From assembly GCA_046045965.1 (NCBI GenBank), contig JBJOKS010000023.1, positions 37,677-101,676 of the forward strand: 64,000 nucleotides of DNA, given 5' to 3'. Below are positions 19,649 through 29,274 of the stretch, one piece after another. The position numbers and the translations under genes were made by a program. The notes under the pieces were generated by a model that was not told the DNA's origin, searched no databases, and saw only the letters and a list, made by a program, of their open reading frames with translations. Origin of the DNA: Cyanobacteriota bacterium. Its GTDB lineage: Bacteria; Cyanobacteriota; Cyanobacteriia; Cyanobacteriales; Nostocaceae. The first letter of the stretch is position 1, and every line of letters starts with the position of its first letter.

Positions 19649-20836
19649 CTACTTTATGGGTATATAAAAAACGTAATTATTTGGTTCAGCTTGAGAATTA
19701 TTTAATCCAGGAATTGAAGTAAAACTAACTTGGGCTGATTCAAAATTAGGCATCTTATTAGCTGTCACCTTGACCATTCCTCCTTTACCAGCACTTTCAA
19801 AAGCTTGCAGAAAATAACGGAGTAATTGACGAAAAAGACTTTTCAAATCTGCTGTTACTGTAATTGCTTCTTGCCAGTCAGTGATAACTTCTACCTTGCG
19901 AATTTCCGCTTCAGTTGATAACAGGTCAACTAAACCGCCCAGACTATCAGTAAGTGATATAACTTGAACGGTGCCAACATCAAATGATGCCAAATTGCGC
20001 CAAATTTCTGCTCTTTGACGAAACATCTGAATTGATTTTTCTGCCTGTTGAATTAATTTCATGGCATAGTCTAGACGGTTAACAGCTAACATCCGAGAAC
20101 TAATCTCTAATTTTAAACGTGCTGCATGATGTCCTTGGATAATATCCTGACGTAGTTCTTCTAATGGCTGATAATCATCAGGATTTGATGTTAACACACG
20201 GCGGATATTTTTTTCTAAGTTTGCTACCACAAATTCTGCTTCAATACCTCTAGAAGCACACAAAAATATTTCTTTTAATCGCTGCCTAGCTTGAGGAGAA
20301 CGCAGAGAAATACTTAACACACCAATAATTTCTTGTTTTTCGTTACGCAGGGGAATTCCTTGGCAAGTAAAAGGATGAAAGCCTTCAATAAAATGTTCTG
20401 CTGCCACAATTTCCACATAATTTTCTTCAGCTAAAGTAGTACCAATACCATTAGTACCCGCTACAGCTTCTGATAGCAAAGAACCAGGGCTAGGAAATGA
20501 TTCTGAACCGTGTATAGTTTGCTCATCACCGATTAAATCTAGTAGAATTGCATTGGCATCACTTAACATCACCGCATGATGTTCTTGTCCAGCAGCTTGA
20601 GATAAATTACGAAAATACGGACGAACTAGATTAATTAAATAACTATGTTTATCTATCAACCGTTCTGTCTCTAAACTAGATAGTTTTTCAGCTTGTAGCG
20701 CATAGGGGTTAGCCCCTTGCAAGTGCGCTCTTTCCCAAGCCCGATAGATTTCTGTGCGTAACATCTCAGCACGAATACCACCTGTGACTCTATAGATACG
20801 TCCTGCTTCTAAAGTATTTTTCCCTAAAGTAGACAT
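19649..20836 (-). CDS. AcoR-type GAF-domain protein with a degenerate histidine-kinase-like C-terminus
   Basis: EIYRAWER...LSDANAILL...EAVAGTNGIGTTL...AEHF...IGVLSIS. The C-terminus is kinase-like but lacks the H, N and G boxes. Confidence 0.7.
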   Translation of the reverse strand: MSTLGKNTLEAGRIYRVTGGIRAEMLRTEIYRAWERAHLQGANPYALQAEKLSSLETERLIDKHSYLINLVRPYFRNLSQAAGQEHHAVMLSDANAILLDLIGDEQTIHGSESFPSPGSLLSEAVAGTNGIGTTLAEENYVEIVAAEHFIEGFHPFTCQGIPLRNEKQEIIGVLSISLRSPQARQRLKEIFLCASRGIEAEFVVANLEKNIRRVLTSNPDDYQPLEELRQDIIQGHHAARLKLEISSRMLAVNRLDYAMKLIQQAEKSIQMFRQRAEIWRNLASFDVGTVQVISLTDSLGGLVDLLSTEAEIRKVEVITDWQEAITVTADLKSLFRQLLRYFLQAFESAGKGGMVKVTANKMPNFESAQVSFTSIPGLNNSQAEPNNYVFYIPIK

Positions 20837-21317
20837 GGGTTGTTACTAAACATTTTTACAACTATTCTCTAAGTGTTTTACCACTTTCTTTGATCATAAC
20901 AAGCAGTCAATAAAAGGCTGTGGGCTATATGTTGTGGTGTGTTGAATAAACAATTTAAATTTTCGCATAAAATATTCATAATTACGATCATTGTTAAAGT
21001 ATCAGACAAAAGGAATAAACTCATACTTTTTGATTGAAAAAACTCAAACAAAATCAACAATTAAAAGAATGAAGAATTTAGAATTTAGAATTTAGAATTA
21101 CGTTTGGCAACGGGGATTTTACCCCGACGGAAAACCCGCTGCTTGTAGAAGCAGGGGACTTTCACCCCCAAAGGTAAGTTAAAGCAAATTAGTATCAACC
21201 AAATGGATGGTTTTCATTTAGTTAATTTAACACTGATTCATCTTTTTGATAGAGGTAGTAAATCAAGTCAATTGTGAAGATTGAAAAAACCATGAGAGCC
21301 TTAATAGGTGAATAAAA

Positions 21318-21515
21318 ATGACTAAAGCCAATCCTGTTGAACTGCAAAAACACTTGAAAGGTGTGGACTATCCTGCCACTAAGGACGAATTGATTGAAAA
21401 AGCTAGAGAACAAGGCGCAGATAAAAAACTGCTTTCATTACTAGAACAATTACCAGAAGATGAGGAGTATGATAATCCCGTTGACCTTAACAAAGCTATA
21501 GGTGAGATTCAGTAA
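21318..21515 (+). CDS. DUF2795 domain small protein
   Basis: LQKHLKGVDYPATKDELIEKAREQGA...LP...Y pattern. Confidence 0.8.
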   Translation: MTKANPVELQKHLKGVDYPATKDELIEKAREQGADKKLLSLLEQLPEDEEYDNPVDLNKAIGEIQ

Positions 21516-21599
21516 GAATAGGAAATGGGTAATGGGTAATAGGAAATGGGGACTGGGGACTGGGAAAAATAATCAATTACCAATTACCCAATCTAAAAT

Positions 21600-22115
21600 C
21601 TAAACTCTTAAAGTGGTATAATTTCCTGATTTTCCGCCTGTCTTACTGACTAGACTAATGGATTCAATTTGAATTGATTTTTCTAAAGCTTTAGCCATAT
21701 CGTATAAAGTAAGAGCAGCAACAGAAACCGCCGTTAAAGCTTCCATTTCCACACCAGTTTCCGCCTTAGTTTTGACTGTGGCATAAATTTGATAACCGGG
21801 TAGTTCAGCATCTGGTGTGATATCAACGGTAATTTTTTGCAAAGGTAAGGGATGACAGAGGGGAATTAAATTAGCTGTCTGTTTAGCGGCCATAATCCCC
21901 GCTAACCTAGCAGTTGCCAAAACATCCCCTTTAGGAGCATTTCCCGCTGCAATAGCCGCAAAGGTTTCTGGCTGCATCCGCACTTTAGCAGTAGCCACAG
22001 CTTCCCGCACAGTGGCGACTTTGCCAGACACATCAACCATTTGCGCCTCTCCCTGGGGGTCGAGATGAGTCAGTTGAGAAGAATTTGAAGAATTTGAAAA
22101 AATATCTTGCGTCAT
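21600..22115 (-). CDS. moaC: Cyclic pyranopterin monophosphate synthase MoaC
   Basis: [28 protein letters not shown] and KTGGKSG motifs. Confidence 0.95.
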   Translation of the reverse strand: MTQDIFSNSSNSSQLTHLDPQGEAQMVDVSGKVATVREAVATAKVRMQPETFAAIAAGNAPKGDVLATARLAGIMAAKQTANLIPLCHPLPLQKITVDITPDAELPGYQIYATVKTKAETGVEMEALTAVSVAALTLYDMAKALEKSIQIESISLVSKTGGKSGNYTTLRV

Positions 22116-22152
22116 TCCAGAAGTATGTGTTATTATAAAACTCGTTGGTTAA

Positions 22153-22226
22153 GGGCGTGTAGCTCAGTGGACTAGAGCACGTGGCTACGGACCACGGTGT
22201 CGGGGGTTCGAATCCCTCCTCGCCCG
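22153..22226 (+). tRNA. tRNA-Arg(ACG)
   Basis: Cloverleaf GGGCGTG...; anticodon arm CGTGG-CTACGGA-CCACG; T-loop GGTTCGAATCC; no encoded CCA. Confidence 0.95.
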
Positions 22227-22239
22227 TTCAATAACAATA

Positions 22240-22278
22240 ATTGCACAAACTCTGTAATCGGGTTTGTGCAATTTGTTT
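22240..22278 (+). terminator. Intrinsic terminator after the tRNA
   Basis: ATTGCACAAAC...GTTTGTGCAAT stem followed by a T-rich tail. Confidence 0.7.
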
Positions 22279-22279
22279 T

Positions 22280-22393
22280 GGGAGGCAGGAGGCAGAAGGC
22301 AGGGGAGGTGGGGGAGCAGGGGAGGCAGGGGGAGTAGGGGAAGATTAATAACCCAGTCCCCAGTCCCCAGTCCCCAGTCCCCAGTCCCCAGTA
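22280..22393. repeat. STRR cluster including (CCCAGTC)n
   Basis: G-rich GGGGAGCAG-like units followed by CCCCAGT-type heptamers. Confidence 0.85.
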
Positions 22394-22394
22394 C

Positions 22395-23627
22395 CTACAC
22401 CCTGCTTTTTAAAGCATAGACATCTTCACCACGACCAAAGGCAAAGCGGAGAGACTGGGAGATATTTTGACTGGACTGGGTGACAAAAATCAGAACTGCC
22501 AGGACAGTTAAGCCAGTAGCAAAACCAAATGTACTGCGATAGCCGATTTGTTCAGCAACAAAACCCACAACAGGACCAGCTATAGATAGTCCAACATCGA
22601 ATCCCATTAAAGATACGCCAAATATCCGCCCTCTTTCATGGGGTAAGGCTCTATCTGTCATCATCGCAGAAATCATGGGAATAGCAGTACCAGAAGCCGC
22701 ACCTTCAATAACTGCTCCTATTAAGAAAATTAAGGCGCTGTTTGCTTGCCAAATAAATACCATTGCTAAAGTATAGGCAATCAAGCTGAAAGTTACAAAT
22801 AAACCGCGTCCATATTTATCAGAAGCCTTACCAGCAAATAATCTAATACTGAAACTAGCAATAGCGGCTGCTGTGAAAAACAACCCAGCATTTAAATCTA
22901 CTCCGGTTGATTTAATGTACAAGGCGATAAAGGTATGTACAGTACCCAAAGATAAACCAATCAGTAACAAAACAATGGCAGGTACACGCACACGGGGACT
23001 AATTAGCAGTTGCCAAAATCTATCCTCAGTGGCATTTTTAGGTTTTTCAACAGCAGGTGGATTAACAATGGGCAAGATACATAGTAAACCCAAACTACCT
23101 GAAACAGCAGAGAAAATAAATAATGGAGTATAACCAGCTACTGCCATTAAATATCCACCTAAAGCCGGACCAACGGCTACACCGACGGGATTAACTAAAC
23201 TCATATAGCCGATGACTTCACCGCGACGGTGTTCTGGTGCTAAATCTCCTACTAAGGCGATGTAAGCTGTACCAAAAGCGGCAATACTGATGCCATGAAA
23301 GGCACGAATTACCATTAAAGGTAGAAGTGATTTTACTACTAAGTAACCAAGGGGTGCGATCGCAGCAACTGCCATCCCAATCAGTAATACAATCTTTCTG
23401 CCCCGACGGTCTGCTAACATTCCCACTTGAGGGCGAAATACCAGCATCCCAATGGCAAAACTACCCATAACAATACCAATTTGTTGCTTTGTTGCTCCCA
23501 GAGACTCAATATATAAAGGTAAAGTAGGCAACAGTGAAGCTAAACTTGACCAAAATAATAAACCAGCTGCAAATAATATCAGTAGGTTGCGCCGCAGATT
23601 AGCGTCAAAAGTATCAAAATCTTTCAC
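22395..23627 (-). CDS. MFS transporter
   Basis: About 12 TM segments; motif A (GMLADRRGRK and GKASDKYGR). Confidence 0.9.
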   Translation of the reverse strand: MKDFDTFDANLRRNLLILFAAGLLFWSSLASLLPTLPLYIESLGATKQQIGIVMGSFAIGMLVFRPQVGMLADRRGRKIVLLIGMAVAAIAPLGYLVVKSLLPLMVIRAFHGISIAAFGTAYIALVGDLAPEHRRGEVIGYMSLVNPVGVAVGPALGGYLMAVAGYTPLFIFSAVSGSLGLLCILPIVNPPAVEKPKNATEDRFWQLLISPRVRVPAIVLLLIGLSLGTVHTFIALYIKSTGVDLNAGLFFTAAAIASFSIRLFAGKASDKYGRGLFVTFSLIAYTLAMVFIWQANSALIFLIGAVIEGAASGTAIPMISAMMTDRALPHERGRIFGVSLMGFDVGLSIAGPVVGFVAEQIGYRSTFGFATGLTVLAVLIFVTQSSQNISQSLRFAFGRGEDVYALKSRV

Positions 23628-23674
23628 GGCAGATGCAATGTAATATTTAGTAATTTTGTATTTCTATTGTTACG

Positions 23675-24685
23675 TTACTTAACATTTTTTGCCACTACTT
23701 CCCGCACCCGATATATTGGCCTTCCCTGAGATTCATGATAAGTACGCATTAGCAATTCTGCCAAAAGACCGAAGCAGAATAACTGCACACCGGTTACAAG
23801 CAATAAAACCGCCAAAATGAGTAAAGGACGATTACCGATATTCGCCTGAAAAAACAACTTCACGAAAGTTAAGTAAATTCCTATTCCTCCCCCAGCAACC
23901 ATTGACAACAAGCCAAACAGCCCAAAAACGTGCATGGGACGGGTGAGGAACTTTTTCATGAATAGAATAGTTAATAAGTCCATTAACACCCGGAAAGTGC
24001 GGGAAATTCCATATTTACTTTTGCCAAAACGCCGCGCATGATGACGCACAGGCATTTCTGTAATTCTTGCCCCTTCGATATATGCCAAAGCAGGTAAAAA
24101 ACGGTGTAATTCTCCGTAAAGGTTCATATCTGCGACTAATTCGCTACGATAGGCTTTGAGAGAACAACCATAATCGTGAATATAAACGCTAGTAGTACGA
24201 CGAATTAACCAATTAGCGATTTTTGAAGGAAGTAACCGATTTACCGCCCCGTCTTGGCGATTTTGCCGCCAACCACTCACCAAATCATAACCCTCATCCA
24301 GCTTTGCTAATAACATGGGAATATCCGCTGGGTCATTTTGCAAATCAGCATCTAAGGTAACAATTGCTTTACCAGTGGCATAATTAAAACCAGCAGACAT
24401 AGCCGCAGTTTGTCCGTAGTTGCGGCGTAAAATTACTGCTTTTAAATCAGTGCGAATTTGTGCCTGTTCTTTAAGAAATTCTGGAGAACCATCCGTAGAT
24501 CCATCATCTACACAGATAATTTCATAACTTAAATTACTAGCTGTTAAGGTTGTAGAAATGGCTTCTAGTAATAAAGGCAGACTTTCTACTTCATCTTTAA
24601 TTGGTAAAACTACGGATACATCTAGTAATTTTTGATTGGTAATTGGTGATGGGTGATGGGTGATGGGTAGTTGGTAATTGGTCAT
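23675..24685 (-). CDS. GT2 polyprenol-phosphate glycosyltransferase (ArnC/GtrB-like)
   Basis: VDDGSTD, RNYGQTAA, LDADLQNDP and two C-terminal TM segments. Confidence 0.88.
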   Translation of the reverse strand: MTNYQLPITHHPSPITNQKLLDVSVVLPIKDEVESLPLLLEAISTTLTASNLSYEIICVDDGSTDGSPEFLKEQAQIRTDLKAVILRRNYGQTAAMSAGFNYATGKAIVTLDADLQNDPADIPMLLAKLDEGYDLVSGWRQNRQDGAVNRLLPSKIANWLIRRTTSVYIHDYGCSLKAYRSELVADMNLYGELHRFLPALAYIEGARITEMPVRHHARRFGKSKYGISRTFRVLMDLLTILFMKKFLTRPMHVFGLFGLLSMVAGGGIGIYLTFVKLFFQANIGNRPLLILAVLLLVTGVQLFCFGLLAELLMRTYHESQGRPIYRVREVVAKNVK

Positions 24686-24705
24686 AGGGATATTAAAACA
24701 GTTAG

Positions 24706-24812
24706 CTTGTTCCCAGTCTCTGACTGGGAATCATATCATAGAGGTTCTACCTTTAGTGTCATTCAAGGCAGAGGCTTCTAGAATTCATTCCTATACAGAG
24801 TATGGGAACGAG
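24706..24812. mobile_element. 107-bp REP/MITE-like element, copy 2 (inverted relative to 3224-3330)
   Basis: CTTGTTCCC...GGGAACGAG ends; its reverse complement begins CTCGTTCCCATACTCTGTATAGGAATGAATT, nearly the same as copy 1. Confidence 0.75.
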
Positions 24813-24815
24813 TAA

Positions 24816-25517
24816 TTATGAATTACCAACATAGCTTTTTATCACTCTACCAGCACCGCGTAATTGTTGATAATATGTCTGACTAACTTTATCACCTTGT
24901 TCTGAAAGTTGATCAATTCCTATACCGTTGCGTCCTTGTTCTTTTCCTGAACTGTGAATATAATAACCATCACCTAAATATAAACCTACATGAGTTGCTT
25001 TTTGGGGAGTTCCAAAAAAGATTAAATCCCCTGGTTCGATATCATTAATATTAATTGGTTGGGTAAAAGCTTCTTGTTGATAAGCGTCTCTTGGCAACCA
25101 AATACCCACAGATACAAAAGCAGCTTGCATTAAACCAGAACAATCATAATTTGGTCCTACTGTTCCACCCCACAAATAATAATTAGTTTGCTGCATTGCT
25201 TGTTGGGTAAATTCAATTACCTCTGGGAGTAGTTTTTTAATTTCCGATTCCGTAAAAGATGCAGGTTCGTAGGGTGTGGTAGCAGGTTGTAATAAGGACA
25301 AATCATTAACAGTAACCCACCCTGGATAATCATCTTCACATAAACAAACTTGAATTGCTGTATCTTGATGATTTGATGTGATGCGTAAATTGCGGCCAGC
25401 AGCAGCTTGAGTGGCTAAACGGACGCATTCAGGAGCATCATATAAATTGAGGTCAGCTAGACATTGATATTCGTTGGTAGGGGAATGGGGAATTAGTAAA
25501 TTTAAATTTAAAGACAT
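24816..25517 (-). CDS. NlpC/P60 (C40) peptidase with an SH3-like N-terminus
   Basis: YLWGG..., catalytic Cys in YDCSGL, and HVGLYLGDGYYIHSS. Confidence 0.9.
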   Translation of the reverse strand: MSLNLNLLIPHSPTNEYQCLADLNLYDAPECVRLATQAAAGRNLRITSNHQDTAIQVCLCEDDYPGWVTVNDLSLLQPATTPYEPASFTESEIKKLLPEVIEFTQQAMQQTNYYLWGGTVGPNYDCSGLMQAAFVSVGIWLPRDAYQQEAFTQPININDIEPGDLIFFGTPQKATHVGLYLGDGYYIHSSGKEQGRNGIGIDQLSEQGDKVSQTYYQQLRGAGRVIKSYVGNS

Positions 25518-25693
25518 ATTTTTGTCAGAATCAGGACACCCTTCGGGAAGTCAAAAGTCAAAAGTCAAAAGTCAGAATTTGGTGGACAGAATCAGGATTT
25601 ACAGGATTATATCATGTTTGGTTGAAAAAATAGTCTTCTATTTGTAGGTTAGAGTAAGTGGATAAACCCAACATTCTGAGGATTTAATCAAAT

Positions 25694-26935
25694 TTATGTA
25701 ATTGGCCATTCAGGAATAATCTGATCAATTTCTGTCATAATCTTTAATGTTTCTGTTAAAGCAACTACTATTTTTTGATAATGCAGAATATCATCAAAGG
25801 ATAAACTTATATTAGCTTTTTTGCGGTCTTTTAACCATTTATCTAAAACTTGATATCCGCCAATTTTGAATTCCCACATTTCTGGGGTTATTCCTTGAAA
25901 ATATCGGGTTTTATTGATGTAAACTCGCTGCTCTTCTGGTTTATAGGTTATTTCTGTAACGCTGTTTTCTCCTTCTCCTTGATATTGAGTAATTAAATGA
26001 TTGAGTTTTGCTGATTCCATTAAATGTAATTTGACTAATTCTTCACCTTTGATGGCTAGATTTTTCCATAGTTTTTCATTGGATGTGAGGGGTAAACGGG
26101 GAAAGTCTATTTTCAAAAATTCTGCATATTTTTGACGATAGGTGGGACTATGAAAAATGGCGTATATATAATAAAATATGGTTTCTGGTGCGGGGATATA
26201 TCCTAATTTTTCTTTGATAGCGTTGAGGAATTTTTGTGATAGGTTGGGTGTGCGTTCTATAAATAATGTTCCTTGGGCATTTTCGGTGTCTGGGTAAAGG
26301 TAAAGGGGGAAAATACAAGATTGAGTTGTAGACTCTCCACATTTTGTTTCAGTCATAAACCGAGAACAATAAAAGTGATCGCAGTCTTGAGATTTATTGC
26401 TTCTAGCAGAAATAATTGCGAGATTATCTGATAACATATTCCGCATTACTTCCAACCGAGGCATACAAATAAAACCTCGTGTTTGTCCTGTATAATAAGT
26501 ATATCTTGTGTCAAATGGACGATATAAAATAGGAACAATATTATTATCTTCAATACCATTTTTCTTTAAATCATTTTGAGCTAGTGCAACTTGCCAATCT
26601 CGCGCATCTTTTCCTAAATCATATTTTTCCCTTGCTGCTTCTACAGGAAGTGAAACAAAATCTGTGACTGTTTCTTTGACTTCTTGTTTAGACCATTTGA
26701 TAGTTAGGGAATCTCGCGCTGTGACTATTCCTACAGAATTAACAGGCATTATCTCTGTAATTTTCCACCCTTGGTTATATTCGGTTAATAAATCTTGATT
26801 TTGAGGGGTGAAAAGATAAAAGGGTGAGTTAGAAAAAAATTCTTGCCACTCAATGGTAGTAAAATCATTTTCATCAAGAAAACTATATTTATCTTCCCTT
26901 GAACCCCAAATATCAATATGATAAAACTTGGTCAT
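25694..26935 (-). CDS. Type ISP/IIG restriction-modification C-terminal specificity domain as a separate ORF
   Basis: GIVTARD, YRPFD, YIYAIFHSPTYR.KYAEFLKIDFPRLP and WEFKIGGYQVLDKWLKDRK motifs. Confidence 0.8.
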   Translation of the reverse strand: MTKFYHIDIWGSREDKYSFLDENDFTTIEWQEFFSNSPFYLFTPQNQDLLTEYNQGWKITEIMPVNSVGIVTARDSLTIKWSKQEVKETVTDFVSLPVEAAREKYDLGKDARDWQVALAQNDLKKNGIEDNNIVPILYRPFDTRYTYYTGQTRGFICMPRLEVMRNMLSDNLAIISARSNKSQDCDHFYCSRFMTETKCGESTTQSCIFPLYLYPDTENAQGTLFIERTPNLSQKFLNAIKEKLGYIPAPETIFYYIYAIFHSPTYRQKYAEFLKIDFPRLPLTSNEKLWKNLAIKGEELVKLHLMESAKLNHLITQYQGEGENSVTEITYKPEEQRVYINKTRYFQGITPEMWEFKIGGYQVLDKWLKDRKKANISLSFDDILHYQKIVVALTETLKIMTEIDQIIPEWPIT

Positions 26936-27037
26936 AATTTATTTTAGATTATTTTACTCAGTTTTACATTATAACATTTCCTAGTTTAAAGAAGTACAAA
27001 ATTATCTGCGTTTATCTGCGTTTAATTATTACGATAA

Positions 27038-27121
27038 TTACCTCACCTCAAACAGAGAACGTGATCATCCTGATTGACGAATAATTGATTGCAAAGTACC
27101 AATTTTTAGTTTTGAATAGTA
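27038..27121 (-). pseudogene. hicA: HicA toxin C-terminal remnant
   Basis: Reads YSKLKIGTLQSIIRQSG*SRSLFEVR*: the HicA C-terminal motif (GTLxSIIRQSG) with an internal TGA and no N-terminus. Confidence 0.7.
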
Positions 27122-27328
27122 TTAATTTAACAATACTTCTGGATGTAAGCGATTTTCGATTTCTGAAGGATCGGCAACTTCAAAAAATAATTCTAAAGCT
27201 TCAAGCAAATTATTTCTTGCTTCTTCAATAGAATCACCTTGACTAGCAATATCTAATTCTGGACACAAAGCAACATAACCATTACCTTCACGCTCAATAA
27301 TTGCTGTAAATTTTTGGGTGCGGATCAT
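27122..27328 (-). CDS. hicB: HicB family antitoxin (probably C-terminally truncated)
   Basis: FTAIIEREGNGYVALCPELDIASQGDSIEEARNNLLEALELF. Confidence 0.85.
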   Translation of the reverse strand: MIRTQKFTAIIEREGNGYVALCPELDIASQGDSIEEARNNLLEALELFFEVADPSEIENRLHPEVLLN

Positions 27329-29187
27329 ATTTTTTCCTTCTGGGGATATTTAATCATAAAACAAATAGCGACTCCCTGCTGAATATCAAATACATTTTTA
27401 TCTGGTAAACCATCGGGAGTGACTTCTTTTTTCTTGCTATTACCATGTAAATCCATTATATATATTTCATCAAAGGTTTTTGCTAAACTTTGTCGCATTC
27501 CTCGAAATGTGGGATTATCTAAATAACCATGATTGGTAATAAATGCTAAAATTCCTGAACCTGTTTTTTCTATGCGCCATTGTCCAAATCTGATAAATTT
27601 TACATAATCATCTTGTAACCATTTAGGGTTGCGTTCTTTTAATGGTAATCCATCGACATAATAATAGTCTTTTACTAATCCTGATATCCATTCACTTTTA
27701 TTAGCAGAATGTCCAGAATAGGGAGGATTTCCTAATACTATCATTACGGGAAAATCTCGTTTTATTGCTGCGGCTTCATTGGCTTCTTGGGCGACATATT
27801 GCCCAAATAAAATTTCGGATTTTTTCAATGCTTCATCTAGGGTATTGGTTAAATAAATTCCTAATCGTTGTTTACTGGTAAATTGATAGCCATAATTTTG
27901 TAATTGTAAGCCGATTTTTAAATGAGCGATCGCATAGGGAGCTATTAACAATTCAAACCCATATAACCGATTAAATAAATGTTCTTTCACATAATCATTC
28001 CAGACACTTGCTAAACCCATTGATGCTAAATTTTGGTAAATTTGATTGATCACTGCATACAAAAAAGTTCCTGTACCAGTCGCTGGATCAAGAATTTGTA
28101 CTCTCGGTTGTTTAGTGTTTTCATCTTCGCTATAATCAGCTAAACCTAATGGTAAATTAAAACGAGTTTTGAGAATTAAATCTACTGAACGCACCATAAA
28201 ATTCACCACAGGTTCAGGTGTGTAATAAACACCGCGACTTTTTCGCATAGCTGCATCATAAGCAGCAAGAAATGTTTCATAAAAATGAACTACGGGATCT
28301 TGTTGTCTGGTATTTTTACCAAAATTATCTAAAATATTGCTCATATTTACTTGGGCTAAAAGTTGTACTAAATCATCAACCGCCCAATTTATTTGATAAA
28401 TAGCATCGGTATCAACTACAGTATTAAATAACCGTTTTAAAAATGGGTTAGTATCGGGAATATATAAACCTGCGGTACGTCGTTCAAAAGGGTATGTTTG
28501 GGGATTTTGGGCATGACTTACCCTAGCTGTAAATAAACCATAGGCGACAGTTTGGGCATACATATCAGCAAAGGTAGATTCATCTAAATCGGGTAATAAT
28601 ATTTCTTGAAATCCCTTTTTTAGTTGATGCAATTCTTGATTTTCTGCTTCTATTTTTAATGTTTCTGTGACTGCATAACGGATGGCTTTGGTTAACCTTG
28701 CCATTTGTTTAGCTAAGTCTTCTGGGTTATTAATAATTTCCCCTTGATAGTTGAGAAAACCTTGAATCAATTGCTCAGTTTTTTCACTATCTAGCAGTTG
28801 AATATTCTGATTTACCTGTGCTGCTAAAATAGTTTTTAACCGCATTTTACCGTCAACATACCAGCGAAATTCTAGGTAATTTGTTAAAATTAAATTTGCC
28901 CCAATATGGGATTCTCGATATCGTTCTAATTGTTCTGTTTTTTCAATGTTTACTAAATCTATACCTACATCTTTTGCTTCTACATAACCCATTAATAAAT
29001 CTCGTTTTCTGATGGTAAAATCAGGAATACCGGCTTTATTACCTTTTTCTTCTATGGTGGCTTCAATTTGTGCTGATGGTTGATCCAGTAAGGTTTTTAA
29101 AGCAGGGTAATGGGTGCGTTCACTACCACGTTGCAAGTTTTTTTGTAGGGATTGTAAATAATTTTCAAAGTTCATTATAAAATTCAT
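27325..29187 (-). CDS. Type IIG/ISP-like endonuclease plus N6-adenine methyltransferase, N-terminal part
   Basis: PD...EAK nuclease motif (GIPDF...YVEAKD), GVYYTP, LDPATGTGTF (motif I) and GNPPY (motif IV). Confidence 0.88.
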   Translation of the reverse strand: MNFIMNFENYLQSLQKNLQRGSERTHYPALKTLLDQPSAQIEATIEEKGNKAGIPDFTIRKRDLLMGYVEAKDVGIDLVNIEKTEQLERYRESHIGANLILTNYLEFRWYVDGKMRLKTILAAQVNQNIQLLDSEKTEQLIQGFLNYQGEIINNPEDLAKQMARLTKAIRYAVTETLKIEAENQELHQLKKGFQEILLPDLDESTFADMYAQTVAYGLFTARVSHAQNPQTYPFERRTAGLYIPDTNPFLKRLFNTVVDTDAIYQINWAVDDLVQLLAQVNMSNILDNFGKNTRQQDPVVHFYETFLAAYDAAMRKSRGVYYTPEPVVNFMVRSVDLILKTRFNLPLGLADYSEDENTKQPRVQILDPATGTGTFLYAVINQIYQNLASMGLASVWNDYVKEHLFNRLYGFELLIAPYAIAHLKIGLQLQNYGYQFTSKQRLGIYLTNTLDEALKKSEILFGQYVAQEANEAAAIKRDFPVMIVLGNPPYSGHSANKSEWISGLVKDYYYVDGLPLKERNPKWLQDDYVKFIRFGQWRIEKTGSGILAFITNHGYLDNPTFRGMRQSLAKTFDEIYIMDLHGNSKKKEVTPDGLPDKNVFDIQQGVAICFMIKYPQKEKI

Positions 29188-29274
29188 ATTTTTAATTTTG
29201 ATAGATGGATAATTTATTGTTGTTAGCGAAAAAAGGGCAAAGGTAAGCTTGTAACCTTTACCCAGAATTATACT

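Noticed and set aside
22153..22400. tRNA-Arg as an island or prophage attachment site
   Set aside because: No integrase and no duplicated tRNA 3' end seen; the flanking genes are housekeeping.
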